Source: a bacterium
GTDB lineage: Bacteria; Electryoneota; Electryoneia; Electryoneales; Electryoneaceae
DNA length: 64,000 bases
Assembly (NCBI GenBank): GCA_963669175.1
Contig: OY769902.1
Location: 5,184,001-5,248,000, forward strand
Reading direction: 5' to 3'
The translations under genes and the position numbers were made by a program. This document shows positions 20,485 through 28,389 of this stretch, piece after piece. The notes beneath the pieces are model-generated. The model did no database searches. It was given only the letters and a program-made list of their open reading frames with translations, and was not told the origin of the DNA. The stretch's first letter is position 1, and each line of letters starts with the position of its first letter.

Positions 20485-21546
20485 TCAAACGTCCTCTTTC
20501 AATTCCCCCTTGATCACCCCCAGGCTCGGGATGGGCGTCGGAAAATGATGGCCTGTTTTCGGGTCAAATGTTAACCGGTAAGAATGCCCTGTGTTTCCCT
20601 GCTTGTGCATGACTCCCCACCCACGTACCAGGTATGGACAGGAGTCATTGATGCAAATGTAAAAATCACGATCGTATGTTGTCATCGGATTTTCCGTAAT
20701 CGCCCAATACCGGAGCCGTTCACCGCAGTAGGGGCATTCCAGTGTTTCAGCCGTTGTCAGCTTACGTTTCTCAACGTCCGGCAAATCCCGCTTGGCATAG
20801 GTTGGCGGTTGCGGCACAGGACGAATCATCGTGTGATTCCCGCCACGCACTTTTTCAGCCATGACCGCGTAAATCGGATCGGATGGGACACCGAGATAAG
20901 CGTGTTTGTCGTCAGCAGGACGTGGCAATCCTATCGAAACGAAGTCTGCCGTGTCTGTATACGCGCCAGCTTCCTGGAAATAGTGACTCACCAGGTGCAG
21001 ACGTTCTTCTTCTGAAAGCAATCCCCAAATCCGTACCGCCTTGGGGGTAAACATCCGGTTGGAGAAGATGACAAGGTGTAAGCCGCCAGGCTTCAACACA
21101 CGATTCACCTCACGGAAAACCTCTACAGGATGCACCAGGTACTGGATGGATACGGTATTCAACACGACATCAAAATGATTATCCTTATAGGGCAATTGTG
21201 TTGTCTGGTTCAAATCATGAACAACACGGCTGGTCAGACGTGGATTTGCCTCCAGCTCATGCAGGTTCAACCCCAATCCGACGACCTCATCCGGGTGAAT
21301 ACTCTCCGCCAGGTGCGAATCAAAACTGGCCATCAGGTCTAGAATGCGTGGATGCTTCTCCAATATGGCATCGTCTATCAAGCGTTCAATCGTATCCAGA
21401 GCGGTCTGGTCCAGATGCTGCACCATACGGTCTACAACATAGAAATTACTGTCCGCGCTTTCGTCCACACGTTCAAACGCATCCCTTCTCTCTAACAGCT
21501 CTGACCATAATTGATCAGCATGAATGACATGTTCAGGTACATTCAT
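20485..21546 (-). CDS. class I SAM-dependent methyltransferase fused to a C-terminal zinc-finger domain
   Basis: ILDLMAS, FDVV, RVLKPGG, FSNRMF; C-terminal CPYC...CINDSCPY. Confidence 0.8.
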   Translation of the reverse strand: MNVPEHVIHADQLWSELLERRDAFERVDESADSNFYVVDRMVQHLDQTALDTIERLIDDAILEKHPRILDLMASFDSHLAESIHPDEVVGLGLNLHELEANPRLTSRVVHDLNQTTQLPYKDNHFDVVLNTVSIQYLVHPVEVFREVNRVLKPGGLHLVIFSNRMFTPKAVRIWGLLSEEERLHLVSHYFQEAGAYTDTADFVSIGLPRPADDKHAYLGVPSDPIYAVMAEKVRGGNHTMIRPVPQPPTYAKRDLPDVEKRKLTTAETLECPYCGERLRYWAITENPMTTYDRDFYICINDSCPYLVRGWGVMHKQGNTGHSYRLTFDPKTGHHFPTPIPSLGVIKGELKEDV

Positions 21547-22396
21547 GTTTCACTCCATGTTACGACTTCTATCTTCACCCACTACTTTTAAACATAGGGA
21601 CATGCAATCCCGACAAAGGAATGCTAGTGGACCGATCCATAAGGATCGAGGTGTTCTGCGCCATAGTCGGGTTGGCTGCAAGGCGATTTCATGCAGGTGC
21701 AGCCGGGGCGTATTGCTACGCAGCAGGAAGCCGCCTGATGCCCTAACCCTGTTCTGAACTTGTTGCCGTATTAGCACGTCTGAAGCTGGCGACGGTTTCC
21801 AACATACTGACCCGATTTTCGTCTATTGGAGCCATCTTTCCCGGCACCGTTCCGGTAGATTTTTGAAAGAGCTACCAGGCGAATTCTGCCTTATAAACGT
21901 AGACTACGTTAGCGCTGAATTACACAACAAAACAGCGAAGCACCTATGATTTTCAGTGATCAGGTAGATGACGCCAGCAGGTTGATTTCATCCGAAAGAT
22001 TTGAATTTACAGTACTCTCCCCGGTCCACCAGATCGCTTTCCTGCGTGAAGTCGCATTGGAGCCTACGCGCTCGTGACAAACAGAATACCTCACTTTATG
22101 TGATTCGTTCCACTCACAGTATCGTAAACATTGGATGATACGATCTCGCGTAAAGACGTCCCCCTCTCCGGCTTCAGGTTTACACCTGTACGGTATGACG
22201 AGCTGAACTATAAGATCATGAAAACCGATATAGCAGTTCACAACCCGGAGAAATACAGATTTATCTCCCTTCTATATCGCCCTGTAAAGGTTCTCTCATC
22301 ACCTATCCTGTACCAAGTTGCTCCACCGTAAGTCAGGCATTGTGAAACTGGCCTCTATTGTAAATCACCTCTGGGAGTGTTCAGCTCTGAAAAGAC

Positions 22397-22425
22397 TTGA
22401 CTTAGCCTCTGGAACCGCTTATTAT
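22397..22425 (+). promoter_or_regulatory. sigma70 promoter of tRNA-Lys
   Basis: TTGACT-17 bp-TATTAT ending 14 bp before the tRNA. Confidence 0.7.
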
Positions 22426-22439
22426 CGGTGTCCAAACGA

Positions 22440-22515
22440 GCGCCATTAGCTCAATTGGTAGAGCAGCGGACTCTTAATCCGTTGGTTCGGGGTTCGAGTC
22501 CCTGATGGCGCACCA
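22440..22515 (+). tRNA. tRNA-Lys (anticodon CTT)
   Basis: acceptor stem GCGCCAT/ATGGCGC, D loop, anticodon loop CTCTTAA, TTCGAGT T loop, encoded CCA; 76 nt. Confidence 0.97.
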
Positions 22516-22522
22516 TAGAAAA

Positions 22523-22554
22523 CAAAGGCTTGCGAGAATATCGCAGGCCTTTTT
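22523..22554 (+). terminator. intrinsic terminator after tRNA-Lys
   Basis: aaaggcttgcgagaatatcgcaggccttttt. Confidence 0.75.
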
Positions 22555-22908
22555 GTTTTCTATGGGGCAGCGTTGGGGCAATAGTCTCCATTCGGGAGTT
22601 TTCTTTGTCAAAATTGTGATTCCATTTGTGAGCGCTACAAAGGAGTTGTTACATTTTCAACCGATTACCATTTAGTTATTTCAGAACATCATTTCATGTT
22701 GCTAATTAGGAAAGAATGACAATAACCCTGTTAGTCCTCATTGAGCTATCCACATAAAGCATAAGTTGTTTTGATACTGGCTAACGTCTAACTTATTACT
22801 ATACGTGAAAGTATAGTAATACTTTTAGGACAATATCCATACGACAATCCGGTAATGAAAGTTTATTTCTACAGGGGGATTAAGCTTCCATAAGGGAGAT
22901 CAAAAATC

Positions 22909-25900
22909 ATGGGTCAAAGTTTCTTCGAAGTACCTATTCTGAACTCACCTTACGACTACCCATCCCAACACTGGCAGTTGGATGATACAGGACAACCGAC
23001 TGGACTTATCATAGATGCACGACGTCCCGTTGACCTGATTACACCTATCCCTAAACCTCGAAAACAGAAGAAGAAAACCGGGCAAGAATTACTTGGGCTC
23101 AGTTACGAAGAAACAATGGACCTGGCAACAAAAGACCAGGAATACGATCCAACCCCAATTATTAACGCCCTGCGCCGAAACGTCGACCAGTGGCGCAGAA
23201 TACCTAATCCTGCTGACTGGAAGGTTACGCCAGAAACACAGAGATTATTACTACATTGGAGAAGACCTAGAGCGGACTGGTCCTACATCTGCCCTTTCTT
23301 TTGCCAGGTTGAAGCGGTGGAGACCGCTATCTGGCTAACTGAAGTTGCCCCGAACGCTGGAAAAAGTGGCATTCAGTTCCTGGAACATCTGCAGAACGCC
23401 AACAACGATGCAAATCCTGATCTAAACCGCCTGGCTTTAAAGCTGGCGACTGGAGCCGGCAAGACCATGGTGATGGCGATGATCATCGCCTGGCAAACGA
23501 TCAATGCAGTACGTCACCCGCAGAGCACACGCTTCACACGTGGCTTCCTTGTTGTAACTCCAGGTCTGACAATCAAGGATCGCCTCCGTGTTCTACAGCC
23601 TAACGACCCGGACAGCTACTATAAGACCCGCGAGATCGTACCACCGGACCTTCTGCCAGAGATTCGCCGCGCCAAGATTGTCATTACCAACTACCATTCT
23701 TTCAAACAACGCGAGCGTTTGGAGATATCCAAAGGCAATCGTGCACTATTGCAGGGACGTCATGGTGAAGAGCTTGACACTGTCGAATCCGAAGGACAGA
23801 TGGTGCACCGTGTACTGCCCAGCTTGATGGGTATGAAGAATGTCCTGGTTCTGAATGACGAAGCACATCACTGTTACCGGGAGCGAGTAGGGTCAGATGA
23901 TGTTGGCGAACTGAAAGGTGACGAAAAAGACGAAGCGAAGAAGAATAACGATGCTGCACGTCTATGGATATCCGGAATAGAGGCGGTGAACCGCGTACTT
24001 GGTGTAAGAAGGGTATTCGATCTGTCAGCAACCCCGTTTTTCCTGCGGGGGTCTGGTTATGCTGAAGGCACTCTTTTCCCTTGGACCATGTCTGACTTTT
24101 CGCTAATGGACGCGATTGAGTGCGGTATTGTCAAGCTGCCTCGTGTTCCTGTGGCTGATAATCTTCCTGGTAGTGAAATGCCAAAGTTCCGCAACCTGTG
24201 GGACCATATCGGCAAGAAAATGCCTAAGAAGGGACGTGGTAAAGCCAAGAACCTGGACCCACTCAGTATCCCTGTCGAGCTGCAAACGGCGCTTGAAGCG
24301 CTATACGGCCACTACACAAAAACATTCGATCTATGGAAGAAAGAGGGCATCTCGGTCCCACCCTGCTTCATCGTTGTTTGCAACAACACCTCTACATCAA
24401 AGCTGGTTTACGATTACATCTCAGGTTTCGAGCCACTCGACGAAAACGGTGATCCGAAGCAGCCGAACAATGGCCGCCTCCCGCTGTTCCGCAACTACAA
24501 TGAGGATCTGGTCCGTCTACCCCTTCCGCGCACCTTACTGATTGACAGTGAACAACTTGAGTCCGGTGATGCTCTTGATGATAAGTTCCGAAAGATGGCA
24601 GAACCTCAAATTGAGCGTTTCAGGCGAGAGATAATCGAACGCACTGGCGACCGAAAACAGGCGGAAAACATCTCCGACGCTGACTTGCTGCGTGAAGTAA
24701 TGAACACAGTAGGGCAGGCTGGGCGACTTGGTGAATCCATCCGTTGCGTGGTGTCGGTATCCATGTTGAGTGAAGGGTGGGACGCTAACACAGTCACTCA
24801 CATTCTGGGCGTCCGGGCTTTCGGAACTCAGCTTCTGTGTGAACAGGTTATCGGACGAGCCCTCCGTCGCCAGTCATACGAGCTGAACGAAGAAGACAAA
24901 TTCAACGTCGAGTATGCCGATGTCCTGGGCATACCCTTTGACTTTACCGCCAAACCTGTCGTTGCCCCTGTGCAATCACCTCGGGAAACCATTACAGTCA
25001 AAGCAATGCGTCCTGAACGGGATCATCTGGAGATTCGCTTCCCACATGTCCAGGGATATCGTGTGGAAATGCCCACGGAAAAGCTGACAGCAAAATTCAA
25101 TGAGGATTCTGTTCTAGTCCTGACCCCCGAACTGGTTGGTCCGTCTCAGACCAAAGATGCAGGAATCTTGGGCGAAGAGATCGAGCTGAACCTTGTACAT
25201 ACGGGCGACCTGCGCAGGTCCACCCTGATCTACCACCTGACCACACGGCTGCTGAACACCAAGTGGCGAGACCATGGTGACGAGCCCAAATACCACCTGT
25301 TCGGGCAGCTCAAGCGCATTACTAAAGAGTGGTTGGACACGTACCTGGTCTGCAAGGGTGGCACCTTTCCTGCACAGTTGATGTATCAGGAACTGGCTGA
25401 TATGGCATGCGAACGGATCACAGCGGGGATTACGCTGGCCATGCAAGGAGAGTACCCGATAAAGGCAGTCCTCGATCCCTACAATCCGGTTGGCTCCACC
25501 AGCCATGTCCTATTCAACACGTCCAAACGGGATCGTTGGCAAACATCGCCCAGGAAGTGCCATATCAACTGGGTGATTCTGGACAGCGACTGGGAAGCGG
25601 AGTTCTGTCGTGTGGCGGAGGATCACCCCAAAGTGCTGGCCTACGTGAAGAACCACAACCTGGGGCTCAACGTCCCGTATGTGATGGGAGCAATCAATCG
25701 CACGTACATCCCAGACTTCATCGTGCTTGTGGATGACGGTCATGGCCCGGAAGACCCCTTGCACCTGATTGTCGAGATCAAGGGCTATCGTCGTGAAGAC
25801 GCCAAGGTAAAAAAGCAGACCGTGGAGACCTACTGGGTACCAGGTGTGAATAACCTGAAGACATTTGGAAGGTGGGCATTTGCTGAGTTTACTGATGTGT

Positions 25901-26019
25901 TCGAGATGCAGGCTGACTTTGCAGAAAAGATTGAGGAAGAGTTTGACACGATCATGGCGAAGGCGTTAGATCAACAGTCCCCAGCTTCTGGCAGATCAAT
26001 TTCAGGATTGGAGGCATAA
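22909..26019 (+). CDS. type III-like restriction endonuclease Res subunit (BPTD_3080-like, SF2 helicase plus PD-(D/E)xK nuclease)
   Basis: ATGAGKT, NDEAHH, SATP, EQVIGRALRR, YIPDF...IVEIKG. Confidence 0.88.
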   Translation: MGQSFFEVPILNSPYDYPSQHWQLDDTGQPTGLIIDARRPVDLITPIPKPRKQKKKTGQELLGLSYEETMDLATKDQEYDPTPIINALRRNVDQWRRIPNPADWKVTPETQRLLLHWRRPRADWSYICPFFCQVEAVETAIWLTEVAPNAGKSGIQFLEHLQNANNDANPDLNRLALKLATGAGKTMVMAMIIAWQTINAVRHPQSTRFTRGFLVVTPGLTIKDRLRVLQPNDPDSYYKTREIVPPDLLPEIRRAKIVITNYHSFKQRERLEISKGNRALLQGRHGEELDTVESEGQMVHRVLPSLMGMKNVLVLNDEAHHCYRERVGSDDVGELKGDEKDEAKKNNDAARLWISGIEAVNRVLGVRRVFDLSATPFFLRGSGYAEGTLFPWTMSDFSLMDAIECGIVKLPRVPVADNLPGSEMPKFRNLWDHIGKKMPKKGRGKAKNLDPLSIPVELQTALEALYGHYTKTFDLWKKEGISVPPCFIVVCNNTSTSKLVYDYISGFEPLDENGDPKQPNNGRLPLFRNYNEDLVRLPLPRTLLIDSEQLESGDALDDKFRKMAEPQIERFRREIIERTGDRKQAENISDADLLREVMNTVGQAGRLGESIRCVVSVSMLSEGWDANTVTHILGVRAFGTQLLCEQVIGRALRRQSYELNEEDKFNVEYADVLGIPFDFTAKPVVAPVQSPRETITVKAMRPERDHLEIRFPHVQGYRVEMPTEKLTAKFNEDSVLVLTPELVGPSQTKDAGILGEEIELNLVHTGDLRRSTLIYHLTTRLLNTKWRDHGDEPKYHLFGQLKRITKEWLDTYLVCKGGTFPAQLMYQELADMACERITAGITLAMQGEYPIKAVLDPYNPVGSTSHVLFNTSKRDRWQTSPRKCHINWVILDSDWEAEFCRVAEDHPKVLAYVKNHNLGLNVPYVMGAINRTYIPDFIVLVDDGHGPEDPLHLIVEIKGYRREDAKVKKQTVETYWVPGVNNLKTFGRWAFAEFTDVFEMQADFAEKIEEEFDTIMAKALDQQSPASGRSISGLEA

Positions 26020-26801
26020 TGAATCCAGATGTGGGAGGATTTGGCAAAAATGCCATAAACTTGTCTCGTAATCCTCTAGGGATAATAGCTCTATTCATAG
26101 TGTTAGTGTATGGTATGGCTACATTGGTAATTATTTTTGCAGATACACTGACAGAAATAGAACGCACATTGTTAATAATATTTCTAATTGGTTTTCCATT
26201 GATTGTATTTATTGTTTTCGTTTGGCTTGTAGTAAAACATGGTCCAAAACTATATAGTCCAGGAGATTATAGGAAGGATGAAAACTATCTCAAAGCCGTA
26301 AGGACGGCCACACTATTGTCAGCAGCATCATATAAGCAAGGGATTGAGGATAAACCGTTAGAAATAGATACGATATTACAGTCATTTGAGAGAAGAGACT
26401 TAATCACTCATAATAACACATTTGACTGGACAAATGAAATATTATGGGTCGATGATAGACCAGAAAATAATATCTACGAAAGAAAAGCCTTTGAATCTAT
26501 AGGCTTACAAATAACTTTAGCATTAAACACCGAGCAGGCTTTGCAATTTCTTTCGCGAAACAAGTATGCAGTAGTCATATCTGATATGGGAAGAAAGGAA
26601 GGACCAAGAGAAGGATATGTGTTGCTAGATACTATGAGGCAAAAATCCGACAATACGCCGCTAGTTTTCTACGCAGCATCAAATCTTCCGGAACATAAAC
26701 AAGAAACAATGGAGCACGGAGGGCAGGGGTGCACAAATAACCCAACCGAGTTGTTTAACATCGTGACTGATTTAGTACGTAAAAGAAAGCAGGAATTATA
26801 A
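26019..26801 (+). CDS. two-TM membrane protein with C-terminal receiver (REC) domain
   Basis: two hydrophobic helices; ILWVDD and ISDMGR receiver motifs; AT-rich. Confidence 0.7.
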   Translation: MNPDVGGFGKNAINLSRNPLGIIALFIVLVYGMATLVIIFADTLTEIERTLLIIFLIGFPLIVFIVFVWLVVKHGPKLYSPGDYRKDENYLKAVRTATLLSAASYKQGIEDKPLEIDTILQSFERRDLITHNNTFDWTNEILWVDDRPENNIYERKAFESIGLQITLALNTEQALQFLSRNKYAVVISDMGRKEGPREGYVLLDTMRQKSDNTPLVFYAASNLPEHKQETMEHGGQGCTNNPTELFNIVTDLVRKRKQEL

Positions 26802-26940
26802 TGGCCAAGGCGAAGAACCCGATGACCGAAGAGAAACTGACACACGAAGAGGCGAAGCGGACGAACATTCCGCTGGCAGAGTATTCCTGATTGCTAGTCC
26901 GTGCAGACATAGCGTTGATGCAAGTGGCATATGAACGACA
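26801..26940 (+). pseudogene. degenerate duplicate of the Mod gene 5' end
   Basis: MAKAKNP..LTHEEAKRTNIPLAEYS then stop; aligns with 28390-28520. Confidence 0.85.
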
Positions 26941-26972
26941 AGGGCAGTCTAAGCTGTCGACTTCATCAGGCT

Positions 26973-27249
26973 TGTGAAGCACGGGCTAGGAAGATCCGCT
27001 CCATCTAGTCGTCGAGATCAAGGGGTATCGACGTGAGGACGCCAAGGTGAAAAGCAGACCATGGAAACCTACTGGGTTCCCGGTGTGAACAACCTGAAGA
27101 CATTTGGACGGTGGGCATTTGCCGAGTTTATCGACGTGTTCAAGATGCAGAGTGGGTTTGAAGAACTTATTGAGGAAAAATTCAAGGACATAATTAGTGA
27201 ACACTTCAAGGGTGATGGTGTAACTGATAATAGGGAACCACCAGACTAA
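26973..27249 (+). pseudogene. frameshifted duplicate of the Res gene 3' end
   Basis: EDPLHLVVEIKGYRREDAKV then ETYWVPGVNNLKTFGRWAFAEF; aligns with ~25730-25950. Confidence 0.88.
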
Positions 27250-27261
27250 GGGAGGTTTAAG

Positions 27262-27612
27262 ATGGATTTGCTAAGACAACTACTTAGTAGAGAAGTAATC
27301 CCTGACAAAATCAAGTTCATTGATAGTTTACCAACTAATGATTGGGATATGGAAATGAATGGTATTGGGGATGGTGATCCAGATAAGGATAAAATATTTA
27401 TTAAATATGTTAAACGTAATGGAGAAGGAAATCTTGAATATTTCGGAGAGTGTCACGGGCCAGTAGATTCAATCAATTGCAGTAAACTATCAATAAAACA
27501 ATGGATAGAATCTGTCAGTAGTGATGCAATCGCTTTTAGCTGGGATAATGATTCAAGCGAACACTATAACGATTTCGAAGCTAGAATATGGCGCGAATAT
27601 AACGATAATTAA
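27262..27612 (+). CDS. hypothetical protein (acidic, AT-rich cargo)
   Basis: 116-aa ORF with GGAGG RBS; no recognised motif. Confidence 0.6.
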   Translation: MDLLRQLLSREVIPDKIKFIDSLPTNDWDMEMNGIGDGDPDKDKIFIKYVKRNGEGNLEYFGECHGPVDSINCSKLSIKQWIESVSSDAIAFSWDNDSSEHYNDFEARIWREYNDN

Positions 27613-27627
27613 GCTGTAGGTGTTATT

Positions 27628-28284
27628 ATGGCTGTTCCAACACATCGTGAAGATTGTCAGACTCAATTGTTCCCATGGCGCTGTCCAGATTGTGGCGATA
27701 GGGTTTACTTCTTTGGCTGCACATGTGGAAGCCGAGTATTCTTTGATACTCCCGGTCCACCATGGGATCTGCATAGCGATCACTGCATACACTTTTTGAT
27801 TCGTGAGTTGAGAGAAATTAGAGGTTTAAATGACAATGAAATCGTAAGAATGGTGCGAGAGCATGCTCGTGAGACAAACGTGACTCCCAGCAAAGATATT
27901 CACGACTACATTGACAATCAGCATGGTCCAAAGAAGCTTTCTGTCCTTGAAGTATTGCCAGGCGAAGATGACCAGATGACACTTGGAGTTGTGCGCGAAG
28001 TAAACAAAGTGAATTTCGAGAAACGCTTTGGAATTGAAGGAACACCGTTAGGAAGACAATTCCTAGGAGCGTTCAAGCATGGTGTATGGAAAGAGATCAT
28101 TATTCGTGAACCTGATAAAGGCAAAGGGAAAGAGCCGCGCTACCAGTTCACTTTTTATGTAAAAGACAACGTATTTGATTCTTCAATACTGCGTCGTGGT
28201 AATATAGTAATTGTCCATTTAAAGATTATTAGAGTAATGGGAAATAAGCGTTTCTGGGTATCAGAGGACTTCAGGGAAGCATAG
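27628..28284 (+). CDS. hypothetical protein with N-terminal Zn-ribbon and possible C-terminal OB fold
   Basis: CPDCG..CTCGSRVFFD..PPW..H..HC; beta-rich C-terminus. Confidence 0.65.
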   Translation: MAVPTHREDCQTQLFPWRCPDCGDRVYFFGCTCGSRVFFDTPGPPWDLHSDHCIHFLIRELREIRGLNDNEIVRMVREHARETNVTPSKDIHDYIDNQHGPKKLSVLEVLPGEDDQMTLGVVREVNKVNFEKRFGIEGTPLGRQFLGAFKHGVWKEIIIREPDKGKGKEPRYQFTFYVKDNVFDSSILRRGNIVIVHLKIIRVMGNKRFWVSEDFREA

Positions 28285-28389
28285 CTGAGGCAAGTTTGAA
28301 AGAAATTTCCAACCGTAGAGGTTGTTGCACTGAATGGTACTAATCAACTGTTAAAACCAAACCACTGATAACTCCCGAAGAGGATCAGG

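Noticed and set aside
21554-21572. 16S rRNA 3' motif (gaagtcgtaaca on the minus strand)
   Set aside because: Only 12 bp match with no surrounding rRNA sequence.
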